Shown here piece after piece: positions 27,974 through 37,100 of a stretch of 64,000 bases of DNA. The notes under the pieces were generated by a model. That model did no database searches. It had not been told where the DNA came from and saw only the letters and a program-made list of their open reading frames with translations. Both the position numbers and the translations under genes were made by a program. The stretch comes from Candidatus Altimarinota bacterium (lineage in GTDB: Bacteria > Patescibacteriota > Gracilibacteria > UBA1369). The DNA is taken from positions 832,001-896,000 of the forward strand of contig OY782391.1 of NCBI GenBank assembly GCA_963677745.1, written 5' to 3'. The stretch's first letter is position 1, and each line of letters opens with the position of its first letter.

Positions 27974-28713
27974 AAAAAGCACATCCCAACTTACTGCTGA
28001 TAGACCTGATCACCGACGACCATAGCATCGACTACCTGCAAGAGGTTGAAATGTCTCTGGGGGCCGGTGCGGCCAAACATAATCTCAGGCGGCTGCACCT
28101 GCCCACAGAGGAAATCGGGCCGGAAGACCTCCGGGACGCCGATGCTATTCTGCTCTCCGGCTCTACAAAGTCGGCCCATCAGGATTTCCTCTGGAAGGAG
28201 CGATGCCATCAGGTTTTTGACCGCATCATCGAGTCCGGCAAGCCGGCTCTGGCCACCTGTTTTTCGGCGCAATTTCTGGCTATTCATTTGGGGGGCAAAG
28301 TGGAAGAAAATCCCCGGGGAATTGAGTTTGGTCCGATTCAAATCAAACTGACTCCTGCCGGGGGGAAATTCAATTTGCTCCGGGAATTTGAACAGGAAAA
28401 ACATCTGTTTGCCAGCCATAAAGACTGCATTACCTCTTTACCTGACAATTGCCTTCTTTTGGCCTTCAATGACAATGCCTCCGTGCAGGCATTTTCTCAC
28501 GGAAATATCCTGGCCACGCAATTTCATTCCGATATTCCGATACAGTCGGCTCGGCATCTGCTCACCACCCGGAAACAACAATATCTGGCTCAGTCAGTAA
28601 TAAAAAGTGAAGAGGAATTTAACCGCCTGCATCAAAAACTGGAACAGGCCACAACAGAATCGCATCAGTTTCTGTTAAATTGGTTGCAAATGATCGTGGA
28701 TAAAAAAAACTAA
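27970..28713 (+). CDS. Class I glutamine amidotransferase-like protein
   Basis: ILLSGS, ATCFSAQ nucleophile elbow, SHKD, QFHSD; ATGA overlap with the ligase gene. Confidence 0.85.
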   Translation: MKKAHPNLLLIDLITDDHSIDYLQEVEMSLGAGAAKHNLRRLHLPTEEIGPEDLRDADAILLSGSTKSAHQDFLWKERCHQVFDRIIESGKPALATCFSAQFLAIHLGGKVEENPRGIEFGPIQIKLTPAGGKFNLLREFEQEKHLFASHKDCITSLPDNCLLLAFNDNASVQAFSHGNILATQFHSDIPIQSARHLLTTRKQQYLAQSVIKSEEEFNRLHQKLEQATTESHQFLLNWLQMIVDKKN

Positions 28714-29543
28714 GGGATATCCAGCGCAATAGTTCCTTCCAGATCCGTCCGGAAAATTTCCGCGCCGATTTTGCGGAAATTTTCCAGAGTGCCGGCAAAA
28801 GGATGCCCGAAACTGTTGTCTGCTCCGCAGGAAATCACCACGCGCCCCGGCCCGACCCGCCTCAGCCACTCCACCGAATTACTGGTCTTGGAGCCGTGAT
28901 GGCCGGCCTTGAGTAGCTCCGCCTCCAGCCGCAGGCCGGGGCGCTCCAGCAATTCCTTCTCCACTTCTTTCTCCGCGTCGCCGCTGAACATCGCCGCAAA
29001 ATCCCCCTCTATCAGTCGGAAAACCAGCGACGAATTATTGATGTTTTTAAATCCCCGCCCGTTCAGCGGCTCCGCCGGATAAATCAGATCCAGTCCCACC
29101 CGCCCGATCCGCAAATCCCGTCCGCCGCCCGGATACCAAAACTTCACTCCGTTTGCCGCCGCCAATTCCAGTAGCCGGTCGTAGCCGATATAGTCATATT
29201 GGACTCCGGTCAGCAGCAGATTTTTCACGCGGTATCTGCCCAGCACTTCCACCAGCCCGTTAATATGATCGGCATGGGGGTGGGTTAGTATCACCAGTTC
29301 CAGATCCCTTTCATAATAGGGCAGCAGACTACCCATTTTCTCCAACAGCAGATCGTCCGGCCCTCCGTCCACCAGTATCAGCTCCCCGGCCGGCAGTCGC
29401 ATCAGGATCGCATCGCCCTGCCCGACATCCAGAAACCACAAATGCAGCCGTCCGTCAGGCAAACTCTGCCAGCCCCACAACGACAGCACCAGCACGGCCA
29501 CGACTGCCGTTATAACCCCGCCTGTAAGTTTGTTTTTGCTCAT
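28710..29543 (-). CDS. ComEC/Rec2-type metallo-beta-lactamase fold protein (stand-alone)
   Basis: FLDVGQGDA, LTHPHADHING, NNSS, GDAE, GHHGS, FGHP, RTD. Confidence 0.92.
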   Translation of the reverse strand: MSKNKLTGGVITAVVAVLVLSLWGWQSLPDGRLHLWFLDVGQGDAILMRLPAGELILVDGGPDDLLLEKMGSLLPYYERDLELVILTHPHADHINGLVEVLGRYRVKNLLLTGVQYDYIGYDRLLELAAANGVKFWYPGGGRDLRIGRVGLDLIYPAEPLNGRGFKNINNSSLVFRLIEGDFAAMFSGDAEKEVEKELLERPGLRLEAELLKAGHHGSKTSNSVEWLRRVGPGRVVISCGADNSFGHPFAGTLENFRKIGAEIFRTDLEGTIALDIP

Positions 29544-29590
29544 ATCGAAATTATCCCCGCCCGCCTTTTCCCCAAAATAAAAAATAGCTA

Positions 29591-29621
29591 AGAAAGGCCC
29601 CGCCGTAGGCGGGGCCTTTCT
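29591..29621. terminator. Hairpin after the LPxTG protein gene
   Basis: AGAAAGGCCCCGCC-GTA-GGCGGGGCCTTTCT, perfect 14-bp stem. Confidence 0.8.
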
Positions 29622-29647
29622 CGCTCGCTTTTAACAAAAACTAATAA

Positions 29648-31228
29648 TTATTTTTTCTTCTTTCTGGTGAAGAAAGCTCCTGCTCCGGCTGATCCGAACA
29701 GTAGGAGTACCAGACCCGGACCCGTCTTGGGCAGGGTCAGATAGGTGATCAGACCTTCACTTTCATTGCCGGCTGCATCCTTGGTGGTCAGTTTGAAATA
29801 GTAGACCATGTCGGATTTGAGGTTTTCGAATGAATAACTGCTTTTGTCCTTACCAAGGACAACGCCCGGTCCGTAGGTCGTACCGCGGTCGGTGGACATA
29901 TAGGCGACAAAATTGGCTACATTGGCCATTTTTTCTTCCTTTGGTTTCCAGGAAAGGTCAACCATCATGTTGGCCAGGGCCTTGGCAACCAAATCACTGG
30001 CTGCTTCTTCAACCTGATTGGAGGTGGTTGTAGTTGTGGTAGTAGTAGTTGTGGTTGTATCCGAAGTTACAACGGCGGGTGCAACACCTTCAAAAGTGGT
30101 TGCGGAATTGGCAACTTCCATGGCGTTACCGGCCAGATCCTTAACCTTGATCACGATCAGGTTATACGGCTGTGCCTGTAAATTTTCAGTGGTCAAAGTA
30201 GCCTTGGTACCATTACCGCTGATTGCCACCTTGGTTACATTGGTAATCTTGGTGTTGTCTTTGACATCGGTAATAATGAAATTCTCGGCGGCATTGGTCA
30301 GCAAAGTGACCGGTTCGGAGAAAACCACTTCCACAGTATTTCCGTCCAGGGCCTTGACGCTGGTCAGTTTGGGGGCCTCTGCATCGGCGGCCGGCTTGGT
30401 CGTGTCGACCGGAGCTGCTACCGTATCTACGCCCGTGAACACGGCGGTATCGCTGGTTCCACTGACAATCGGATTCCCGGCCAGATCCTTGATTTGGATT
30501 CCGGCAGTCAAAATGTATTTTGATCCTTTTTTCTGATCGGCTGTGGTCAGAAGCACTGTCTTATTGGTCTTGTCGGTTGCATCCAGTTCAGCCTTATTTA
30601 CAGCCAGTCCGGTACCCAGAAAATCATCCTTGATCGAGAAGGAGGCCTCCGGTTTGGTTGCTGATAAAGCCACGCCCTCGGAAAAAGTTACTTTCACCAG
30701 GTTTTTGTAGACTGCCCCGGCACTTACAACTTTCGGAGCTTCCTTATCGTCCGTGGCCGGTGTCGATGTGGCACCTGCGGTTGCAGTGGCACTGGCCTCG
30801 GTGCTGTAGAATTCGCTTTCATTTCCGGCTGCGTCATAAGCGGTTACCGCAAAATAGTAGGTTTTACCGTTTTCCAGATTCTTGATGTCATAAGTCAGAA
30901 CATTCTTTACATCAATCGGACCTTGGGTGTAGCTGGCGGAATCGGAGGACACTGAATTTGGTCCATAAAAGATTTTGTATCCGGTCACCCCCACGTTATC
31001 GGTGGCGGCGTCCCAGCTCAGGGTAATCAGCTTGTTCTTGCCGACGGCTTTGACATTACTGACGTCCGACGGATAGGCTGTATCGGCGGCAGCTGCCACA
31101 GATTCGGGGATGGGTGTCTCATCGGCGGCCAAGGCTAAATTGCCGGCCAGCATCGAAATTCCCATAGCCAACAGCATCAGCCAATAGAGTTTTTTAGTCA
31201 TAGGTTTGTTGTTACTTTTTGTGTTCAT
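29648..31228 (-). CDS. Surface protein: FN3 + two Ig-like domains + Thr linker + FN3 + LPKTG sorting signal
   Basis: Signal peptide; LSWDAATDNVGVTGY..VTAYDAAGNES; VTFSE..KDLAGN twice; poly-Thr; LPKTGP-TM-RKKKK. Confidence 0.88.
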   Translation of the reverse strand: MNTKSNNKPMTKKLYWLMLLAMGISMLAGNLALAADETPIPESVAAAADTAYPSDVSNVKAVGKNKLITLSWDAATDNVGVTGYKIFYGPNSVSSDSASYTQGPIDVKNVLTYDIKNLENGKTYYFAVTAYDAAGNESEFYSTEASATATAGATSTPATDDKEAPKVVSAGAVYKNLVKVTFSEGVALSATKPEASFSIKDDFLGTGLAVNKAELDATDKTNKTVLLTTADQKKGSKYILTAGIQIKDLAGNPIVSGTSDTAVFTGVDTVAAPVDTTKPAADAEAPKLTSVKALDGNTVEVVFSEPVTLLTNAAENFIITDVKDNTKITNVTKVAISGNGTKATLTTENLQAQPYNLIVIKVKDLAGNAMEVANSATTFEGVAPAVVTSDTTTTTTTTTTTTSNQVEEAASDLVAKALANMMVDLSWKPKEEKMANVANFVAYMSTDRGTTYGPGVVLGKDKSSYSFENLKSDMVYYFKLTTKDAAGNESEGLITYLTLPKTGPGLVLLLFGSAGAGAFFTRKKKK

Positions 31229-31423
31229 GACTTATAGGTTTAGATTTTTATTTTTATAAATCTTAGTATTGTAGCATGGAATTCACGAAAAATGAAGACT
31301 TGAGACTAAAGTGTTGTCTAATTCAAGGTTGACACAGAAAAATAGTGTTTTGCTATGGCTCGTAACAGGCTTTCCAAAAGCCAAAATTTCAATATAATGT
31401 AAGCCAAAGAAACCAGCTAAAAC

Positions 31424-34078
31424 ATGAAGATAAAACTAGGATCGTCAATCGCTCAAAAATTTCCGGGGGTGGGTTACACGCTGATATTGGTCAAAAACGC
31501 TGAAAATCTGCGTAAAATTTCATCGCTTTCACAGCTCCTGCGCGGTACTGCCGTCGTTACCAAAAACGAACTCAAAAAAGTCGACCGCAAAAACCTGTTT
31601 TCCCAGGTCACGGAGCAGATGACCGCCGAAGGCGCGGTTTTTCTGGAAGGGTATCTTTTGGCTAACCGCGTTAAGAAAATACTGGCCGGCAAGGAAGTGG
31701 AAGGTAAAAACAATTTGATTAATCTGGTCGGTTTTCTTTCCCTGAAATATTTCCTGCCCATTCATGGTTTTGACCTGGATCAGGCGGAAAAAGACTACCG
31801 TTTACACCTTTACCAACCCAAAAAAGGCAAGAAGGCGCCGGATCTGGATTTCCTACCTGAAACCAGAAATTTTGTTTTATGGTTCCCCAATCTGGGCAAT
31901 TGGAAAGATGAAGAAATCGACAGATTTGTCCTGGAAATCGATCAGTGTCTGGCCAAATATTTCCATACCGGCATCACCGAGGTTTTTCACCTGGATTCCG
32001 GACTGCCTGAGGTGGATCTGGGATACGAGTCGGAACTGGAAAAAACTTACCGTGAACAAAAGAAGGAGGAAGAGCGGGAAGAAGAAGCCAGTCTGGCTGA
32101 AAATACCCTGCCTGAAAACAGTATCCTGCCGGTAGGGGGACAACTGATTGAATCCGAAACACAGCCCTCAATAGCGGAAAAAATCAAAAAATGGCTGACT
32201 GAGATATTAAACTCCTCCTTCACGGAAATCAGTGTGCTGGAAAGCCTTGAGGATTTGTCCGAATGGCTGGAAATCGAGGTCCCCAATGACCCCGGTCACG
32301 GCGACCTGTCAACCAACACCGCGCTTAAACTGGCCAAGTTGCTCAATCAGCCTCCCCGCCCTCTGGCTGAAAAGATGGTGCAGGAACTACAGAAAAAGGC
32401 CGAAAGTGAACCCGGCCTGATGGCAAAAGTTGAAGCGGTCGGTCCGGGCTTCATCAATTTCCATTTTGATCTGCAGTATTTCCAAAGCCGTCTGTCCGAG
32501 CTGCTCCGGCAAAAAGAAAAATACGGCCGGCACAACCTGGGGCATGGTGAGAAAATAATGATTGAATGGGGTTCTCTCAATATAGCCAAGCCCTTCGGCG
32601 CCCAGCATTTCATGACCACCATCATCGGCAATACGCTGGTGAACCTGTACAGAGTGATCGGCTACCAGGTGCTTTCTGCAGATTTTCCGGGGGACTGGGG
32701 TACCCAGTTTGGCAAATCCATCTACGCCTATAAGCACTGGGGAGACAAAGACCAGGTTGAGAAAGATCCGGTTAATGAGCTTTTGAAGCTCTACGTGAAA
32801 TTTCATGAAGAAGCGGAAAAAGATCCTGCTTTGGATCAAGCTGCCCGCGATGAATTCCGCAAAATGGAGGAAGGGGACCAGGACAATTTCAAACTCTGGC
32901 AATGGATAGTCGAAGTGTCCACGCGGGATCTGTATTCTATTTATCAGACTCTGGGAGTCAAACACGACCGCAGTTATCCCGAATCAAAATACAATGAAGC
33001 CTGTCTGAGAATTCTGGAAAAGGGCAAACAGCTGGGGATAGTCACTCCCGGAGAGAAGGGAGCTTATATTGTAGATCTGGAAGCCGAACACCTGCCCCCT
33101 GCCCTGGTTCAGAAAGGCGACGGAACCACTCTCTATACCACCAGGGATTTGGCCAGCATCGAAGACCGGTTGACCGGCGACCCGGATTTGAAAAAACTTG
33201 TCTATGTGGTAGACGTCGCACAGACGCTTAGTTTTAAACAGCTCTTTGCCATTGCCAAACGCTTTCATCAGGCCGATCCGTCCTTTCCCACCGCCGAATT
33301 CAAACATGTGGCTTTTGGCAGAATGAGTTTTGGGGATAAAGGCATGAGTACGCGCAAAGGAAACATTATCCAGGGGCGTGAAATTATCAAAGAGGCGCAT
33401 GACCGCGCCGAAAAAATTGTCCGGGAAAAACTGCTGGAAAACGGGGCCAAGTTTTCGCCGGTGGAACTGAAAAACCTGATCCACGGTTTGGCCATCGGAG
33501 CCATTAAATATGCCATGATCTGCCAGTCTCCCGAATCCGATCTGGTTTTTGACTGGGACAAAGTCATTTCTTTCGAGGGCAACAGTGCCCCTTATCTGCA
33601 ATACAGCCTGGCCCGCGCCAGCAGTATTCTGCGTAAGGCCGATCACCCCCAACCTGACCCGGAAAGCCACCGGGAAGAGTCCAGCCCTCTTAAAACATCC
33701 AAACAGGTCAGCGAAGACCAGATCACTCTCTTTTCGCTGGAACAAACGCAAAAATACAGTCAGAAAGCCGAGGATCTGGCCGCCGCCGAAGCCGGCCAAA
33801 CGCCTTTCAGCCAGCCGCTCGAACAGGCCTTGCTCCGTCTGCTGGTGCAGTTCCCCGACAAAGTCGCGGCGGCGGCCCTCACCTACAAACCCAACACGCT
33901 CACTTCCTACCTCCATGAGCTGGCTCAGACCTTCAATTCTTTCTACACTGCTGTTCCCGTAATCAAGAGCAGCCGTCCCGAACTCCGGGAGGCCCGTCTG
34001 GAGTTGGTAAAAGCAGCTGTCCAGGTACTCAGAAGCGGCTTGCAGATATTGGGAATTGCCACTTTTGACCGTATGTAA
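31424..34078 (+). CDS. argS: Arginine--tRNA ligase with N-terminal B3/4-like domain
   Basis: HGDLSTN, GPGFINF, NIAKPFGAQH, GDWGTQFG, DGTTLYTTRDLA, MSTRKG, PYLQY, FNSFY, C-terminal Met; ~245 extra N-terminal residues. Confidence 0.95.
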   Translation: MKIKLGSSIAQKFPGVGYTLILVKNAENLRKISSLSQLLRGTAVVTKNELKKVDRKNLFSQVTEQMTAEGAVFLEGYLLANRVKKILAGKEVEGKNNLINLVGFLSLKYFLPIHGFDLDQAEKDYRLHLYQPKKGKKAPDLDFLPETRNFVLWFPNLGNWKDEEIDRFVLEIDQCLAKYFHTGITEVFHLDSGLPEVDLGYESELEKTYREQKKEEEREEEASLAENTLPENSILPVGGQLIESETQPSIAEKIKKWLTEILNSSFTEISVLESLEDLSEWLEIEVPNDPGHGDLSTNTALKLAKLLNQPPRPLAEKMVQELQKKAESEPGLMAKVEAVGPGFINFHFDLQYFQSRLSELLRQKEKYGRHNLGHGEKIMIEWGSLNIAKPFGAQHFMTTIIGNTLVNLYRVIGYQVLSADFPGDWGTQFGKSIYAYKHWGDKDQVEKDPVNELLKLYVKFHEEAEKDPALDQAARDEFRKMEEGDQDNFKLWQWIVEVSTRDLYSIYQTLGVKHDRSYPESKYNEACLRILEKGKQLGIVTPGEKGAYIVDLEAEHLPPALVQKGDGTTLYTTRDLASIEDRLTGDPDLKKLVYVVDVAQTLSFKQLFAIAKRFHQADPSFPTAEFKHVAFGRMSFGDKGMSTRKGNIIQGREIIKEAHDRAEKIVREKLLENGAKFSPVELKNLIHGLAIGAIKYAMICQSPESDLVFDWDKVISFEGNSAPYLQYSLARASSILRKADHPQPDPESHREESSPLKTSKQVSEDQITLFSLEQTQKYSQKAEDLAAAEAGQTPFSQPLEQALLRLLVQFPDKVAAAALTYKPNTLTSYLHELAQTFNSFYTAVPVIKSSRPELREARLELVKAAVQVLRSGLQILGIATFDRM

Positions 34079-34083
34079 AGTTT

Positions 34084-34113
34084 TTGACAAATATCAATAA
34101 AGAGTTATATAAT
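34084..34113 (+). promoter_or_regulatory. Consensus sigma70 promoter
   Basis: TTGACA (34084-34089), 18 bp, TATAAT (34108-34113). Confidence 0.7.
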
Positions 34114-34146
34114 CGGCACTCATTTTGATAAATTGTCTACTGTTAC

Positions 34147-35481
34147 ATGTCTTCCCCTTCCCAACATGACGGCTTGGCGGCTGACGGCCGGGATGAAATT
34201 TTCAGTTATGCTGTAGATTCATCACGTTCCACATCTGAAACACAGGAAATTGCGGATGAGGACCTGCGGGCTCTGTTTGCCCTCCGTATTGGAATGGCTC
34301 GCGGCCGCAGTCTGAAGATTTCCATGTTAAGGGATCAATTGGTCAGCCTGGAGCAGGATTATCTGCGCACCCGCGCCCTGGTGGACGGTCAGATGCAGGC
34401 TCAAAAGCGCCTGCGATTCGAGAATTTTTTGGCCATGGAATTCATCTCCGGCGATCCTCTCGCCCCGGAGGTTCAACTGCAAAAAGCCCGTTTTCTTTTC
34501 AGGCAGGCAGCTGTCTCCTGGCTTCTGGCCAATTATGAGGAAATCGAAAAAAAGTTCCGGATGGAGGCCAGTATTCTGGGTAAAGATGCGATTACCTATC
34601 AGGAGATCCTGAAAATGATTTTTAAAGAGATCCCCGCCCAGATCACCGAGCTGTTATCCTCCGAAACCTTATCTTTGCTTAAATCCTTTGTTGGTTCCCC
34701 CTTCGGCAACAGCTTCGATTTATATCAATTGTGTCAGGATTATCCTCATCTGACCGATTTGGAGGTTAATATTTACAACCGCGAGGATCTGGAAAGATTT
34801 CAGGGGCATTTATTGGGAACGCTCAGCGGAGTGGGTAAAAATGTCTGGGAAAACTATCAGCGCAAAAAGACTCAGCTGGCCAGGGAACTTAAGGAATACG
34901 GGGCGGACCGCTCTGCCCTGCCCGAGGCACATCATTTCGGCCGTTTGCGTGAACCGATGCGGATATTTCTGATCAGGGAACAGCTTCATGCCAGCGTCGA
35001 AAAGGCGGTCGCGGGCAACAACGGTGAAACTGAAAAAACAGTGGAAATACCCCGTCAACTCCTGGAACACTTCGATTATTTCGGCAGAAAAGCCGAGTCG
35101 GGCGAACTGGCCGAACGCTTCCACAGCCTGCCCGTCCAATCGGTATTCTGGGATGCCCTGCAGAGAGTTCTGGGGCAGGCCACACCCCGCCGGATGATTG
35201 CACAGCTGTCCGATCAAATCGAAAAAGAAGAGGCTCTCCTGGAAAAAATCTATCAATTAATGCAGCTGGTGAATTCATTGGAAAAGATGAGCGGCGCAGG
35301 CTTGTCCAATGACGAATGCCGTGGACTGGCCTCCATCTTCGGCCGGGATTTAAAACAAATCCTGGAAGGACTTAACAAACAAAAACAGCCAGCTGCCGAT
35401 CATCCTTTAAGCGTGGAGAGACAATTGGATGAAACACTGCAGCTGGCCGCCTATACTCACAAACAACTTCAAAACTCTTAG
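34147..35481 (+). CDS. Hypothetical alpha-helical protein
   Basis: 444-aa ORF behind a consensus promoter; no motif recognised. Confidence 0.7.
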   Translation: MSSPSQHDGLAADGRDEIFSYAVDSSRSTSETQEIADEDLRALFALRIGMARGRSLKISMLRDQLVSLEQDYLRTRALVDGQMQAQKRLRFENFLAMEFISGDPLAPEVQLQKARFLFRQAAVSWLLANYEEIEKKFRMEASILGKDAITYQEILKMIFKEIPAQITELLSSETLSLLKSFVGSPFGNSFDLYQLCQDYPHLTDLEVNIYNREDLERFQGHLLGTLSGVGKNVWENYQRKKTQLARELKEYGADRSALPEAHHFGRLREPMRIFLIREQLHASVEKAVAGNNGETEKTVEIPRQLLEHFDYFGRKAESGELAERFHSLPVQSVFWDALQRVLGQATPRRMIAQLSDQIEKEEALLEKIYQLMQLVNSLEKMSGAGLSNDECRGLASIFGRDLKQILEGLNKQKQPAADHPLSVERQLDETLQLAAYTHKQLQNS

Positions 35482-36392
35482 GACTGGGCGTGGTGAGTCG
35501 GGGTATGATGTTCTGCCGGAGCATGATGTTCTGGAGCCACATGATGGCTGCCGCGGAACTTCTCGACCTGTCCCTTCAGGCAGTATTGGAAGAGCGTATA
35601 AAAGGTACCAACAACTCCACCGGCAAAAGCACCGGCCAGAGAAGCAGCAGCTCTGCCCAAAACGGCGAAAACGGCACCCAGTACCCCGATCAGAATAGCT
35701 GAAGCAACAGCGCCAACCAGACCCATCAGTAAATAATTGCCAAAAATCGTCCAGGTCAGTCCATTGCAGAGTTCCAGACTTCTTTTCAGTGAACCGTCGA
35801 CTTCCGGTTTTTCAGCCGACCAGTAGATGGCATAGGACATCGAAGCGTTGATGATCTTGGTAAAGAAAAGCACCAAATAAACTATCACGGCCAGCGGAGA
35901 AAGCATCATCAGCATGCCGGAGAGAGCCGGCACAAAGGGGAGCAGAATTGCCGCAACCAGGAAATAGGCGATCATGATCCATCCACCGGTGTAAACAAAC
36001 AAATTGATGGCCAGTTTGATGGCATTGACGAAATGCGTTTGGACGAAGCTGAACAAGGCGGCAACATCCAGCTTTTTCCCGTCAAAAACATGGCTGGCGG
36101 CACGCATCACCATGCCAAAACCAAAGAAATTGATGATAACCGAAACCAGTGTCAGCAGCAGTCCCAGAATAATTACGACAATGGCGCCGGTATTATATAC
36201 TGCCGCCAAAATTGGCGGATAAAGATAACTTTCCAATAAGCCTGTAACCACCATCGGGGCCAGAAACAGGGCGATCAGCATCAATGGTTCTTTCTTGAGC
36301 AGTTCCCAGGCGGCCATAAACACCCCCTGAAACTTTACCATCTGCATCTGATTAATAACCTTATTTACATCAGGTTTTTGTGTGTGTTCCAT
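35478..36392 (-). CDS. Multi-pass membrane protein (about 6 TM) with His-rich C-terminal repeats
   Basis: Hydrophobic helices; SLKRSLELCNG motif; tail HHVAPEHHAPAEHHTPTHH. Confidence 0.75.
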   Translation of the reverse strand: MEHTQKPDVNKVINQMQMVKFQGVFMAAWELLKKEPLMLIALFLAPMVVTGLLESYLYPPILAAVYNTGAIVVIILGLLLTLVSVIINFFGFGMVMRAASHVFDGKKLDVAALFSFVQTHFVNAIKLAINLFVYTGGWIMIAYFLVAAILLPFVPALSGMLMMLSPLAVIVYLVLFFTKIINASMSYAIYWSAEKPEVDGSLKRSLELCNGLTWTIFGNYLLMGLVGAVASAILIGVLGAVFAVLGRAAASLAGAFAGGVVGTFYTLFQYCLKGQVEKFRGSHHVAPEHHAPAEHHTPTHHAQS

Positions 36393-36482
36393 TTTTATTA
36401 ATTTAATAATTATTCAAACTGGTCGGATTATATAGCAAACCGGCCGCAAACAGCAAATTGAACGGAATCAACTATTTTGAAA

Positions 36483-36558
36483 TGGAGGCGGCACCCGGGA
36501 TCGAACCGGGGAATGACGGTTTTGCAAACCGTTGCCTTAGCCACTTGGCTATACCGCC
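36483..36558 (-). tRNA. tRNA-Cys (GCA)
   Basis: GGCGGTATAGCCAAGTGG..ACGGTTTGCAAAACCGT..GGTTCGATCC..GCCGCCTCCA. Confidence 0.97.
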
Positions 36559-36573
36559 GTCCTCGTTACTTAA

Positions 36574-36666
36574 TGGCGGAGAGGGAGAGATTCGAACTCT
36601 CGCGAGGGGAAATCCCCTCCTACAGGATTAGCAATCCCGCCCCTTCAGCCACTTGGGTACCTCTCC
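36574..36666 (-). tRNA. tRNA-Ser (GCT)
   Basis: GGAGAGGTACCCAAGTGG..GGATTGCTAATCC, long variable arm, GTTCGAATC..CTCTCCGCCA. Confidence 0.97.
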
Positions 36667-36803
36667 ACATATTATTTTCACGATTCATTTCTATGATCAC
36701 CGGCAGGCTTTCTGCCGCTTGGGCATATTAATATGAACCCCCCGAAAATGCAAAAACTTTTTCCCCGGCACCTTCGGGACCTCTTTTCGTGCACATACGG
36801 TCT

Positions 36804-36834
36804 TCATAAAGGTAAGATTTTCTTACTTTTATGA
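36804..36834. repeat. 31-bp near-perfect palindrome
   Basis: TCATAAAGGTAAGA-TTT-TCTTACTTTTATGA (13 of 14 arm positions match). Confidence 0.7.
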
Positions 36835-37100
36835 TAAGTGACAGTCAGCCTCACCCCCCTGCCATACATATAAATGAATTTTACAAAATAGGTAAATTGG
36901 GTGTATAATCTTTAGATATGTTGAAGCCGCTTTTTGACACCCTTGAAAACCCGCATCAACAAGCCAAGCGGGGTTGACGAAAAATCTCATAAGTAGCCTG
37001 GTTAGCCAAAAACACCTCCGCCCCGTCCCGCCCGTTTTTGCCGATTTGACATGCCTGTCGGCGACTGGTATTCCAATGGTGAACTAACCCCCTTCTATCT

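Noticed and set aside
30022-30060. Trinucleotide-like repeat (GTA/GTT/GTG)
   Set aside because: Encodes an ordinary poly-Thr linker with mixed codons; not a phase-variation tract
36804-36834. dif site
   Set aside because: CATAA and TTATG are 19 bp apart rather than the 6-bp spacer of dif
36910-37040. tmRNA, 6S or RNase P RNA
   Set aside because: No tRNA-like ends, tag reading frame or conserved RNase P motifs, and no long closing stem seen
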